Positions 16,971 through 27,178 are shown, numbered from the stretch's first letter. The stretch is DNA of 64,000 bases from Bacteroidales bacterium (GCA_017961265.1 JAGCXN010000028.1:77874-141873); one strand, 5' to 3'. The notes: generated from the sequence alone by a model not told the origin. Numbers and translations are program-made.

Positions 16971-19451
16971 TTGAAAAGAATCATCCTCATCGTCATATTG
17001 TTCTGCACTTCGGCTTTTATGGCTGTCGGCCAGAATGTTACATTCAAGGGGGTGATTGTTGATAATGCCGGACGACCTGTGGACAATGTGGTAGTGGCTT
17101 CCACCCACGATGATAATCTAACAACCATTGCCTCCGAAAAAGGGGAATTTTCACTGAAAATTCCGGCTAACAAGCGCATTGACTTCCTTTTCCGGCGTGT
17201 CTCGTACTGCGACACTATCATTGCCATCCGCATACCCAAAGGTGCCGATACTATTTTCCGCATTGTGATGACTCCGTCGGGACAGGTGCTGGAGGCCGTT
17301 TCCGTAACCGACTCGTACAACGATTCCTACACCCGCATCAACCCGCAACTATCGTACAAGATGCCCTCGCCCACCGGCGGTGTGGAAGCCCTCATCAAGT
17401 CGATGCCAGGCACCTCGTCCACCAACGAGCTGAGCAGCCAGTACAACGTGCGTGGCGGCAACTACGACGAGAACCTCATCTTTGTCAACGACATACAGAT
17501 ATACCGTCCCTTCCTCGTGCGCAGCGCCCAGCAGGAGGGTCTCAGCTTCGTCAATCTCGACCTCACCCGCAACGTGAAGTTCTCGGCAGGCGGCTTTGAG
17601 GCCAAATACGGCGACAAGATGTCGTCGGTTTTGGACGTGGAGTACAAGAAACCGACAAGCTACGGCGGCTCCTTTATGGCCAGTTTCCTCGGTGCGTCGG
17701 CACACGCCGAAGGCAACGTCAAAAACGGCCTTTTCACCTATCTTGTCGGTGTCCGCTACAAGACCAACAGCTACCTGCTGAAGTCGATGGAAACCAAAGG
17801 TACATACAAACCCAACTTCTTCGATACGCAGATGCTCCTTACCTGGCGGCTCGCCCCGAAATGGCGGCTGGAACTGCTTGGCAACTTCTCCCGTAACACG
17901 TACAAATACATCCCGGAGGATCGGGAAACGAACTTCGGCACCTTCCAGACCTCACAGCGACTGACCATCTTTTTTGACGGGCAGGAGGTGGATCAATACG
18001 AGAGCTACCTCGGTGGCCTCACGCTCGGTTTCAACCCAAACCAGCGCGACGAATACCGCCTCATTGCCTCTTCCTATTACGCCAGAGAGACAGAATCTTA
18101 CGATTTGCAAAGCCAATACTGGCTGAAAGACATTGAAGCCGATATGGGCAGCAGCAACAATGACATTGCTGAAGTGGTGGATATCCGAGGCTACGGCACG
18201 TTCCTCGAGCACGCTCGCAACCGCCTCACCGCCCTCGTCACGGCCCTTGACCTGCGTGGCAGCCACACCTTCCCCCACAACCGTATCGAATGGGGCGTCA
18301 AGGCGCAAAGCGAAATTATCAATGACCACATTAAGGAGTGGAAGCTGACAGATTCCAGCGGTTACACGCTACCATGCATCCAGACACATCCTGGCATTGC
18401 CGTTGGTGATGAAGACCCGTCACGTGACCTGATTTTTGGCCATTATTTTGCTGCTGATAACCATATCAACACCTTGCGTATGACCGCTTTCGTCCAATCC
18501 AACTGGAGCCTTGACGATGATGGCAAGTTCGTTCTCAACAGCGGTCTCCGCGCTCATTACTGGACTTTTAACAACGAGTTTACCGTATCACCACGCTTCA
18601 TTCTCTCTTATACCCCACAGTGGGAAAAACAGTGGGTGTTCCGCCTCAAAGCCGGCAGCTATTACCAACCCGCCTTCTACCGCGAAATGCGACGTCCAGA
18701 CGGTACACTCAACGAGCATATTAAGTCACAGCACTCTTACCAAGTGGCCCTTGCCGGCGACTATAGTTTCAAGATTTGGAACCGCCCCTTCAAGCTCAGT
18801 ATGGAAGCATACTACAAATATCTCACCAATCTCATTTCCTATACTATTGATAATGTAAAAATTATCTATTCAGGCGAAAACGATGCCAAGGGGTATGCCA
18901 CAGGCCTTGACGTGAAACTGAGTGGCGAGTTCATCCGTGGGCTGGAATCGTGGATCTCCTTCTCGTTGATGCGGACCGCCGAAGACCTCCTACACGACTA
19001 CTACTATGATGCCGATGGTAACTACATCGAGCCAGGCTATATTCCGCGCCCCACCGACCAGCGGTTCGCCCTCAACATCTTCTTTCAAGACCATGTGCCG
19101 TTTTACACTCCGTTGCGCGTTCACCTCAACTTCGTCTTTTCCAGCGGTTTGCCATACGGCGCGCCCAATGCCCAGCGGTATCAGCAGACCTTGCGGATGC
19201 CGTGGTACCGGCGCGTAGATGTCGGTTTTTCCTACATGTTCCTGGAACAGAGCCGCGACCGTATGAAGCATAAGAGCAAATTCCTCCGCTCCATCAAAAA
19301 CGCAGGATTGTACCTTGAGGTCTTTAACATCCTCGGAATTAATAACACATCCTCCTATATCTGGGTCACCGACATCAATAATGTACAGACGGCGGTGCCC
19401 AACTACCTCACACCGCGCCTCATCAACCTGAAACTCGCAGTGGAGTGGTAA
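16971..19451 (+). CDS. TonB-dependent-receptor-like outer-membrane protein with CarboxypepD_reg N-terminal domain
   Basis: 826-aa ORF. It apparently starts at TTG 16971, because the complete signal peptide MKRIILIVILFCTSAFMAVGQ begins there. VTFKGVIVDNAGRPVDNVVVAS regulatory domain, plug-like NVRGGNYDENLIFVNDIQIY, terminal aromatic ...LKLAVEW. Confidence 0.7.
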   Translation: MKRIILIVILFCTSAFMAVGQNVTFKGVIVDNAGRPVDNVVVASTHDDNLTTIASEKGEFSLKIPANKRIDFLFRRVSYCDTIIAIRIPKGADTIFRIVMTPSGQVLEAVSVTDSYNDSYTRINPQLSYKMPSPTGGVEALIKSMPGTSSTNELSSQYNVRGGNYDENLIFVNDIQIYRPFLVRSAQQEGLSFVNLDLTRNVKFSAGGFEAKYGDKMSSVLDVEYKKPTSYGGSFMASFLGASAHAEGNVKNGLFTYLVGVRYKTNSYLLKSMETKGTYKPNFFDTQMLLTWRLAPKWRLELLGNFSRNTYKYIPEDRETNFGTFQTSQRLTIFFDGQEVDQYESYLGGLTLGFNPNQRDEYRLIASSYYARETESYDLQSQYWLKDIEADMGSSNNDIAEVVDIRGYGTFLEHARNRLTALVTALDLRGSHTFPHNRIEWGVKAQSEIINDHIKEWKLTDSSGYTLPCIQTHPGIAVGDEDPSRDLIFGHYFAADNHINTLRMTAFVQSNWSLDDDGKFVLNSGLRAHYWTFNNEFTVSPRFILSYTPQWEKQWVFRLKAGSYYQPAFYREMRRPDGTLNEHIKSQHSYQVALAGDYSFKIWNRPFKLSMEAYYKYLTNLISYTIDNVKIIYSGENDAKGYATGLDVKLSGEFIRGLESWISFSLMRTAEDLLHDYYYDADGNYIEPGYIPRPTDQRFALNIFFQDHVPFYTPLRVHLNFVFSSGLPYGAPNAQRYQQTLRMPWYRRVDVGFSYMFLEQSRDRMKHKSKFLRSIKNAGLYLEVFNILGINNTSSYIWVTDINNVQTAVPNYLTPRLINLKLAVEW

Positions 19452-19463
19452 AATACTGATCCT

Positions 19464-20912
19464 ATGAAGATTGTCATCATCGGTGCAGGCTTGGGCGGTT
19501 TGGAATGTGGCTTCCTGCTTTCCAAACAGGGGCATGATGTTTGCATTTTGGAAAAGAACCCGCAAATAGGCGGCTGTTTGCAGTCGTTCCGCCGCCACGG
19601 ACAGCTTTTCGACACGGGCGTCCACTATGTTGGCGGCTTGGGCGAGGGCGAAATCCTGCACACTTTGTTCGAACCTTTCGGGTTGAACGAACTTCCGTGG
19701 AAGCAATTAGACCGGAACAATTTTGACGAAATCATTTATCAGGGAAAAAAATTCTCGTTTGCAAATGGTTATGATGAATTTGCAGAGAAAATGACCTCCT
19801 CTTTTCCCCATCAAAAAGAGGAGATTGCACAATATATAAAATTATTACGGAAGTCGCAGGAAGGATTGCAGAAGCTTTTCGGAAATGGTCCAGAAATGTC
19901 AAGTAGTGCGGAACTGTTAAGCCGCTCTGCCTATCAATACCTACAGACAGCTTTTTCCGACGAAAGCCTTCGCAACGTACTGTCTGGCACATCGTTAAAG
20001 ATGGAGTTAAGCCGGCAGTTGCCACTCTATATCTTTGCGCAGACCAACGGCACGTTCATCCAGAGTGCATGGCGGCTGAAGGGGGGCGGTTCGCAGATTG
20101 CGGAGCACTTGGCCGCCGGCATCCGCAGTCATGGCGGGGAGGTACGCACCTCGTCACCCGCAACGGGCTTCACGGTCAGTGACGGGCGTATTACGGGTGT
20201 CACGGCAAGCAACGGTGACGTAATACCCTGTGACACGGTGATTTCCGACATTCACCCGAACCTGTTGATGGCGATGCTTCCCGAGGGTATGGTGCGGAGG
20301 GCGTACAAGACACGGATCTGTTCGCTGCCGAACAGCGCGGGGATGTTCACGGCGCATCTGCTGCTGAAGCCTGGCACGGTGGCCTACCGCAACCGCAACC
20401 TGTTCGTCCATGACCGGACCGACTTGTGGGACGGTGACGGCAGCTGCCGGTCGGTCGGTGTCCACTTCGCGGTGCCGGAAGAGGGCTGCCATACCCGCAA
20501 TATCGACCTATTCACGCCGATGGTGTGGGCGGAAGTGTCGCAATGGGCTGAGAGTCGGTGCGGGCGGCGAAGCGACGACTACGAGGCGTTCAAGCTGCGT
20601 ACGGCGGAAAAACTCATCCGCCTGGTAGAATCATATTTGCCTGATTTAAAAGAAAATATAGAACACATCTATACCTCCACGCCCCTCACCTACCGTGATT
20701 ACACGGGTACGCACGAAGGGAGTGCTTATGGCATCATTAAGGATTGTGAGCACGTGATGACCACCTTTTTGCCGCCACGAACACCCGTACCTAATCTGTT
20801 CCTCACGGGACAGAACGTCAACTTCCACGGAATTTTGGGGGTTACGGTCACAGCGATACAGCTGGTGTCTATGCCGCCGTTTTCACTCGCGGATCCAACC
20901 AGCCGTATATAA
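19464..20912 (+). CDS. NAD(P)/FAD-dependent oxidoreductase (phytoene-desaturase family)
   Basis: 482-aa ORF. N-terminal dinucleotide fold MKIVIIGAGLGGLECG...LEKN...GG. Begins 12 nt after the receptor gene. Confidence 0.75.
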   Translation: MKIVIIGAGLGGLECGFLLSKQGHDVCILEKNPQIGGCLQSFRRHGQLFDTGVHYVGGLGEGEILHTLFEPFGLNELPWKQLDRNNFDEIIYQGKKFSFANGYDEFAEKMTSSFPHQKEEIAQYIKLLRKSQEGLQKLFGNGPEMSSSAELLSRSAYQYLQTAFSDESLRNVLSGTSLKMELSRQLPLYIFAQTNGTFIQSAWRLKGGGSQIAEHLAAGIRSHGGEVRTSSPATGFTVSDGRITGVTASNGDVIPCDTVISDIHPNLLMAMLPEGMVRRAYKTRICSLPNSAGMFTAHLLLKPGTVAYRNRNLFVHDRTDLWDGDGSCRSVGVHFAVPEEGCHTRNIDLFTPMVWAEVSQWAESRCGRRSDDYEAFKLRTAEKLIRLVESYLPDLKENIEHIYTSTPLTYRDYTGTHEGSAYGIIKDCEHVMTTFLPPRTPVPNLFLTGQNVNFHGILGVTVTAIQLVSMPPFSLADPTSRI

Positions 20913-21948
20913 TATCCACCACGATATTGATAATCACCAGAATTACAGAAACATAAAGGAGTGAGCCCATCACCACGGGAAAGTCGTACTTGTCGAGGGC
21001 ATCGACAATTACCACTCCCATTCCCTTCCAGTCGAAAATATATTCCACAAAGACTGCGCCGGCAAGCAGCGAGGCGAGCCAGCCGGAAATGGCCGTCACT
21101 ACGGGATTCAAGGCATTTTTTAAAGCATGTTTCCATATGATTTGCGCTGGAGGCACGCCCTTTGCCCGCGCTGTGCGGATGTAGTCCTGCGCCATCACGT
21201 CCAAAACAGAGTTTTTTGTCAGTTCGATGACGATGGCTAACGGACGTATCCCTAAAGTGATGGCAGGAAGGATAATATTCTTTAAATCAAGGTATTGACC
21301 ACAACCATAATCGTCCACAGAGTAGAGGCTGCCGAACATGCTCAGTCCCGTGTAGTCGGCCAAAAGGAAGGCGAAAATCCATGCAAAGAGGATGGCGGCG
21401 AAAAACGACGGCACCGACATGCCCAGTACCGACACCAGCAGTGCCGACCGGTCGAACCATGTGCCTTTATAGATGGCGCATAGGATGCCGATGAAGATGC
21501 CTACCACGATAGCGAACAAGATGGATACAACCGCCAGAAGTGCAGTTTTCGGAAATGCCTCAGCAATTATCTCAGCTACAGGACGTTTGCTTTGATATGA
21601 GCGGCGCATATACGGTGCCTTCAGCACCAGTGCCGACTTTTTGAAAGAGATAATCTTTTTATAATGGTAATTCTCGTCATTGAGGAAAAAGAATGACTCC
21701 TTATCTATTGTTTTGTGCCATGAGATTGGGGAGAGGTCATTGAGGTAGGCCAAATATTGGATGCCGATGGGCAAATCGAGGCCCATCTCCTTGCGAATGG
21801 CCGCTTCGGTATCAAGGTCGCTCCGCTGCCCCATCATCATGCGGGCGGGGTCGCTCGGCAGGATGGTGAACAAGAAGAAGACGAGCGTAATCACGCCCAT
21901 CATCAACAAAAAACCATAGCCGATTCTTTTTAGAATGAAGCGGAACAT
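20869..21948 (-). CDS. ABC transporter permease (DppB/OppB-like)
   Basis: 359-aa ORF with 6 hydrophobic segments. Permease signature YIRTARAKGV and C-terminal WLDPRVK. Confidence 0.8.
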   Translation of the reverse strand: MFRFILKRIGYGFLLMMGVITLVFFLFTILPSDPARMMMGQRSDLDTEAAIRKEMGLDLPIGIQYLAYLNDLSPISWHKTIDKESFFFLNDENYHYKKIISFKKSALVLKAPYMRRSYQSKRPVAEIIAEAFPKTALLAVVSILFAIVVGIFIGILCAIYKGTWFDRSALLVSVLGMSVPSFFAAILFAWIFAFLLADYTGLSMFGSLYSVDDYGCGQYLDLKNIILPAITLGIRPLAIVIELTKNSVLDVMAQDYIRTARAKGVPPAQIIWKHALKNALNPVVTAISGWLASLLAGAVFVEYIFDWKGMGVVIVDALDKYDFPVVMGSLLYVSVILVIINIVVDIIYGWLDPRVKTAA

Positions 21949-21976
21949 TATTGCAAAGGACTATGAAATAGATCTC

Positions 21977-22660
21977 TTACATAACGAGTTTGAAGCCGAC
22001 CCCATGGACATTAATGATTTTTACACCAGGTTCATCCTTGAAATATTTGCGCAATTTCGTGATGTAAACGTCCATAGTGCGGGCGTTGTAGAAACTGTCG
22101 TCGCCCCAGATTTTTTTGAGTGCGAAGCCACGTTCCAGCACCTCGTTTTTCTTTTGGACGAGCATCGTCAGCACTTCTGTTTCTCGGGTGGAAATCTTAG
22201 TTTCCCGTCCATCTTTCACCAAAACTTGGCGGGTTGTGTCGAAGGTGATGCCACCTATCTGATAGATAGTTATGTTCTCTTCGCTCTTGCCGGCGCGACG
22301 GAGTGCTGCCTGAATGCGGGCTAAAAGCACGTCCCAGTCGAACGGTTTGGTGATGTAATCATCGCCGATGCTGAGACCTTCCACAATATCGTCGGACTGG
22401 CTCTTGGCCGTGAGGAAAATGATGGGGATATTGGTGTCCACTTTGCGGATGCTTTTGGCCAGTGTGAAGCCGTCTTGAATCGGCATCATCACATCAATCA
22501 AGCAGATGTCAAAATTGTTGGAGGTGCAAAACATCTCGTAGGCAACCTCCCCATTATTGGCGTGGGAGACTTCAAAATTTTTGGCATTCAGGTAGGTGCA
22601 GACCACTTTTCCGAGATTTACATCGTCCTCTGCGAGTAAAATACGATATTTTTTATCCAT
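21977..22660 (-). CDS. response regulator transcription factor (OmpR/PhoB family)
   Basis: 227-aa ORF. Receiver domain with phospho-Asp context CLIDVMMP, and a C-terminal winged-helix (LTRETEVL...VYITKLRKYF). Confidence 0.9.
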   Translation of the reverse strand: MDKKYRILLAEDDVNLGKVVCTYLNAKNFEVSHANNGEVAYEMFCTSNNFDICLIDVMMPIQDGFTLAKSIRKVDTNIPIIFLTAKSQSDDIVEGLSIGDDYITKPFDWDVLLARIQAALRRAGKSEENITIYQIGGITFDTTRQVLVKDGRETKISTRETEVLTMLVQKKNEVLERGFALKKIWGDDSFYNARTMDVYITKLRKYFKDEPGVKIINVHGVGFKLVM

Positions 22661-22666
22661 AACTTT

Positions 22667-24145
22667 TTATTTTAATGGAAGATACAGTAAAAATGTGCTT
22701 CCGTGATTCAATTCACTTTCAACTTTTATTTTTCCGCTATGTTTTTGGATGATTTTTTTTACGTAGTGAAGACCAATTCCGTAGCCTTTCACATCATGAA
22801 TATTCCCTTTCGGGACGCGATAGAACTCATCAAAAACGTGGCGCAGGCTCTGTTTCGGAATACCGATGCCGTTGTCTTTGATGGAAACTATTAAATATTT
22901 CTTCTCATTCCATGTGGAAATAGTGATTTCAGGCTTTTCAGGCGAGTACTTCAGGGCATTCTCTATCAGATTGACCAGAACCGATTCTATATGGGTGGGG
23001 TCGCCGATGATGGTAGCGATCTGGGCGTCGAGGTGGGTAGTGAGATTACCGTTTTTGCTGGTGACTTGTAACGAAATATTGTCGGCAATAGAACGGAGCA
23101 AACTGTGAACATCTATCTTTTCCTGACGTAGCTGAAGCTGTCCCCGTTTCAGCCGGGCAAGTTGCAAAATATTGTCAACCATCTTTTTAAGACGATTGTT
23201 TTCGGTTTGCACGATGGAAACATAGTCCATCATCATTGGGACATTTTCGCGGATGACGGGATCCTCCATTGCAGAGCAAGCAAGAGAAATAGTGGAAATA
23301 GGCGTTTTGAATTCGTGTGTGATGTTGTTGATAAAGTCGTTTTTGACATCCTCATTGATTTTTTGCTGACTTAAAGAAAGAATCAGCAGGGCAATCAAGA
23401 AGGTGATGAGCAGCAAGATTACGATGATAGGGAAAAGGATGTTCTTCATGTTACGCATAAAGTAGGCGCGTTCTGAAGGGAAGAAGAGAACGAAATAGTG
23501 CGAAGTGGAACGCTCTTTCTCTTTGGTGAGGGCGAAAACGTACCCTTTATTGAGCAGTTCGCGGTAGTTGACTTTCGGAGGGATGACAAACTTGTTTTCT
23601 GGCACATTGTATATGCAGAAATCGAAATCTATAGGCAACTTATTCATAAATAATATATTATGAATAAATCCACGCAATGAATCTTGGTCAATATTATCAA
23701 GGATCAGGTCAGAGAAAGCCTGTAGCTCGGCGCTATCGGTAGCGGAAAGCACCGGAATGGAGAGCAGGCTGTCAGACGAAAGCGTGTCGTTTGGATTGGA
23801 TAGAAAAGTAGTATCTTTGTGCAGCACGATTGTGTTGCCGTTGTAGTCGATGGTCGTTTCATTGATGAGTGCAACAGGTTGCTTGTCAAAAAGGAAAGTC
23901 TGTTTGTTGCGGGTGTGTGCAGAGTCATTATCATCATCCGACTGCTTCCGGTCTGTGCGGCTCAACTCCGAATTGATATGCTGCACAATTTCGCGTCCCA
24001 CGGTGAGGATATTGCCGGTAAAAGCGGTCTTCTGTGCTTTTTCGGCCTCCACATACAAATGATATACATTGATTGACAATGTAATGACGGTTGCAATTAA
24101 TGCAATCATCCCGAATAACACGAAAAAAATACGACGTTTCTTCAT
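22667..24145 (-). CDS. sensor histidine kinase
   Basis: 492-aa ORF with two TM segments. H-box THEFKTPIS, N-box LVNLIENALKYS, G1 DNGIGI, G2 GYGIGL. Confidence 0.9.
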   Translation of the reverse strand: MKKRRIFFVLFGMIALIATVITLSINVYHLYVEAEKAQKTAFTGNILTVGREIVQHINSELSRTDRKQSDDDNDSAHTRNKQTFLFDKQPVALINETTIDYNGNTIVLHKDTTFLSNPNDTLSSDSLLSIPVLSATDSAELQAFSDLILDNIDQDSLRGFIHNILFMNKLPIDFDFCIYNVPENKFVIPPKVNYRELLNKGYVFALTKEKERSTSHYFVLFFPSERAYFMRNMKNILFPIIVILLLITFLIALLILSLSQQKINEDVKNDFINNITHEFKTPISTISLACSAMEDPVIRENVPMMMDYVSIVQTENNRLKKMVDNILQLARLKRGQLQLRQEKIDVHSLLRSIADNISLQVTSKNGNLTTHLDAQIATIIGDPTHIESVLVNLIENALKYSPEKPEITISTWNEKKYLIVSIKDNGIGIPKQSLRHVFDEFYRVPKGNIHDVKGYGIGLHYVKKIIQKHSGKIKVESELNHGSTFLLYLPLK

Positions 24146-24162
24146 CTCTCAAGAAAAGTCTG

Positions 24163-24170
24163 CAAAGATA
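24163..24170 (-). promoter_or_regulatory. -7 promoter box TATCTTTG (minus strand)
   Basis: 17 nt upstream of the histidine kinase ATG (24145). Confidence 0.55.
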
Positions 24171-24364
24171 CAATAAAATTTTTACTTCGCCAGCCGACAT
24201 AATCACTGAAAAACAATCTCACCACATGGCAGTCATAACAGACTCCCCATATCCACATATCCTCCAAGTTCTCAACTTAAAAAATCAGTTGCATTATCTT
24301 TCAAACTTTATCATTTTACAAACTCATTGAACTTTCAGCTTGATAAACCTGCCAACTAAAATTG

Positions 24365-24372
24365 TATTTTTG
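24365..24372 (+). promoter_or_regulatory. -7 promoter box TATTTTTG
   Basis: Ends 19 nt before ATG 24392 (threonine aldolase). Confidence 0.55.
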
Positions 24373-24391
24373 CCGCCCAAAATCAAATCTT

Positions 24392-25438
24392 ATGAGAAGT
24401 TTCGGAAGTGACAATAATTCAGGCGTGCATCCGCAGGTGATGGAGGCCATCCTCAACGCAAATGCCAACCACGCCCTCGCTTACGGTGACGACGAATGGA
24501 CCCAGCGGGCCACGCTCCGTCTGAAGGAGGTCTTCGGTGATGCCGCCGAACCCTTGCTTGTGTTCAACGGCACCGGCGCCAACACTATCGCGATGCAGGC
24601 GTGCTGCCGCCCTTACCACGCCATTATCGCCGCTGCCACCGCGCACATCGCCGTTGATGAGTGCAACGCTCCGGGCAAGCTCACCGGCGCCGCCGTCAAA
24701 GAGGTACCCACCCCCGACGGCAAGCTGACGCCCGACCTCATCCGGCCCCTCCTCCACGGCTTCGGCTTCGAGCACCACTCCCAGCCCCGCGTTGTCTATA
24801 TATCCGAATGTACCGAATTGGGCACCGTCTATACCCCCGATGAAATCCGTGCCCTCGCCGACTTCGTCCACTCCTACGGGATGTATCTCCATCTGGACGG
24901 GGCTCGTATCGCCAACGCGGCCGTCGCCCTCGGTACCACCGTACGGACGCTGACCACCGACTGCGGAGTCGATATCGTCAGCTTTGGCGGTACCAAAAAC
25001 GGTTGTATGATGGCCGAGGCGGTCGTCGCCCTCCGCCCCGAACTGGCCACGGAACTCCGCTACCTCCGCAAGCAGACCACCCAGCTATTCTCGAAAATGC
25101 GGTACGCGGCGGCGCAGTTTATCGCCTATCTTGACAACGATTTGCTATACAAGAACGCCGCCCACGCCAACGCGATGGCACAGCTGCTGCGCCGCCGTAT
25201 CGAGGAGACGGGCAGCTTCGAATTTACGCAGCCCACGCAGGCCAATACGCTGCTGCTCAAGCTCGCACCCGACGTAACGGAAAAATTGCTCGAACGCCAT
25301 TTCTTCTATGTGTGGGACGAGCTGACGAACGAGATCCGCTTGGTCACCTCGTGGGACACCACCGAAGAGGACATCGAATCGTTTGTGGCGGATTTAAAAG
25401 AGATGGAACCTGCCGCGTCCCCGCGGCGGAGACGATAA
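24392..25438 (+). CDS. ltaE: low-specificity L-threonine aldolase (PLP-dependent)
   Basis: Starts MRSFGSDNNSGVHPQV, 19 nt after a TATTTTTG box. Threonine-aldolase-like blocks FNGTGANT, HLDGARI and SFGGTKNG (PLP lysine). Confidence 0.75.
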   Translation: MRSFGSDNNSGVHPQVMEAILNANANHALAYGDDEWTQRATLRLKEVFGDAAEPLLVFNGTGANTIAMQACCRPYHAIIAAATAHIAVDECNAPGKLTGAAVKEVPTPDGKLTPDLIRPLLHGFGFEHHSQPRVVYISECTELGTVYTPDEIRALADFVHSYGMYLHLDGARIANAAVALGTTVRTLTTDCGVDIVSFGGTKNGCMMAEAVVALRPELATELRYLRKQTTQLFSKMRYAAAQFIAYLDNDLLYKNAAHANAMAQLLRRRIEETGSFEFTQPTQANTLLLKLAPDVTEKLLERHFFYVWDELTNEIRLVTSWDTTEEDIESFVADLKEMEPAASPRRRR

Positions 25439-25440
25439 AA

Positions 25441-25471
25441 TGTAGAGACGCCATATTGTGACGTCTCTACA
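25441..25471. repeat. REP-like hairpin, GTAGAGACG family
   Basis: TGTAGAGACG-N11-CGTCTCTACA, 3 nt after the ltaE stop. Confidence 0.85.
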
Positions 25472-25581
25472 CCATATATAGGTTCACATTTCTGGTGTGA
25501 AGGGATAAATGTTGCAAAACAGAGGCAATAATGGCGTTTCGTCTTGCGTTTAAGGGCCATCAAATCATTTTATTTTAGGTA

Positions 25582-27174
25582 ATGAAGTATTCACGAAATC
25601 TTTTGTTTGCTTTTTTTCTGTGGCCTTTCCTCTCATTTCCCCAGCAAGAAACGGATTCCCGCAACCTGTTTTCGTCGAAGATTACCCATGCATTTAGCAT
25701 ACAGTATGAAAATTGCATTGCCCCCAAAGCCAAGTTTGATTATTTGAATGACCCTGAAATGTCGTACAAGCCGATTGTGGGTTACGGACAGGAGTGGAGA
25801 TTGCGGTATAACCTGACTTTCCCAGTCGGATTTGGAATTGCGTTGGAGTTGGTGGAGGGCAACAACGGCTACCGACACGAACTCACCTATAGTGATGGCA
25901 TGAAAGGACGGGCTGGAATAAACGATCACATGTGGATTCTCAACCCCTTTTATTTTCATTACTGGGGTGTGAACTTGAAAGGAACCTACATCTATTCTAT
26001 GGGATCCCGCGCTTTTCTACAGCCCGAGTTGGGGTTTAATTTCTCGTTCTATCCCACTTTCGAAGCCGATTTTGTTAATGAAGACCAATTACACGACAGA
26101 CTATATCATCTGTATTTCAATAACTCTTCCTGTTACAGGAAGTTCCGCCCTGATTTGACAATGGGAATCAACTTCCTTCTCCATTCCAAACGTGATCCGC
26201 GCAATAATTTTGTCATCGGGATAAATGCCAACATCGGTTTTGTGCCCCGATACAAGGGTTGGTATTCCGTACGCGATCCCTATACGGAAAATGTGAAGGA
26301 TGCCGATATTACCATCGGTTCGACGTACGTGGGCTTCAATTTGGGCTACGAGTTCATCAGTGTGCCTAAATTGTACGACAGGAAGAAGTTCAGAAAGGAG
26401 TTGGAATACATGTCTTTCAATCCAGAGAGAACGGTTCATTCCTTCTCCGCCACCTTCAACAATGCGATGGCTTTTTATGGTCAGCGTTCGCAACAGTCCA
26501 GTGGACCAATAGCCCCCTCTACCTCTTTATCGTACACCTCGGAACTTGAAATCAAATACAACGTGACTTTTCCCAAAGGCTGGGGACTTTCGGTGGGTGT
26601 GCCTATCGGTATTTTCCGCAGAGTGCTTTATTTCGATTTGCACGGCGTGGTTCCAAGCGACACCGTATGGTCCAATGGCGCTATAGGATCTAGCACATCC
26701 GAAGGGGAGTTCCATTTTATCAGCACGTATTCGGGAATCACGCTGAAGGCGAGCTATTGGCGTGACATCCACCGCAATGTTTCCATACAGCCCGAGATCG
26801 GCATAAAGATACTGCCTTTCCTTCACCCCGTTTCACATTGGGACTTTGATGGAGACTTGAGACCGAAAATTTTGTCACCAGAAAATGGCACCGGTGAAGA
26901 CATTTACTATTTGGAATTCGCGCCTGAAATTCAGGGACGGAGTTACTTTATTCCGCAATTAACATGTGCCATCAATTTCCTTGTGCATGGAAAACGGCCT
27001 CACAGCAATTTCATTTTCGGCCTGAATGCCACGATAGATTTCTCAAAAAGAATGACTGTCCGCTATCATAGCGTCCCGGATTTTCCGTCCCAGTATGATT
27101 CTTTCGGTTCTATCTCGTGGAATATGAGTAATATTGGTTTGCATATCGGCTATCAGTTTTCCATGGTGAAATAA
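25582..27174 (+). CDS. hypothetical secreted/outer-membrane protein made of two homologous ~250-aa halves
   Basis: 530-aa ORF, signal peptide MKYSRNLLFAFFLWPFLSFPQQ. Internal repeat visible by eye (see finding). Alternating hydrophobic beta-strand pattern, with GYEF/GYQF ends. Confidence 0.6.
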   Translation: MKYSRNLLFAFFLWPFLSFPQQETDSRNLFSSKITHAFSIQYENCIAPKAKFDYLNDPEMSYKPIVGYGQEWRLRYNLTFPVGFGIALELVEGNNGYRHELTYSDGMKGRAGINDHMWILNPFYFHYWGVNLKGTYIYSMGSRAFLQPELGFNFSFYPTFEADFVNEDQLHDRLYHLYFNNSSCYRKFRPDLTMGINFLLHSKRDPRNNFVIGINANIGFVPRYKGWYSVRDPYTENVKDADITIGSTYVGFNLGYEFISVPKLYDRKKFRKELEYMSFNPERTVHSFSATFNNAMAFYGQRSQQSSGPIAPSTSLSYTSELEIKYNVTFPKGWGLSVGVPIGIFRRVLYFDLHGVVPSDTVWSNGAIGSSTSEGEFHFISTYSGITLKASYWRDIHRNVSIQPEIGIKILPFLHPVSHWDFDGDLRPKILSPENGTGEDIYYLEFAPEIQGRSYFIPQLTCAINFLVHGKRPHSNFIFGLNATIDFSKRMTVRYHSVPDFPSQYDSFGSISWNMSNIGLHIGYQFSMVK

Positions 27175-27178
27175 TTGT

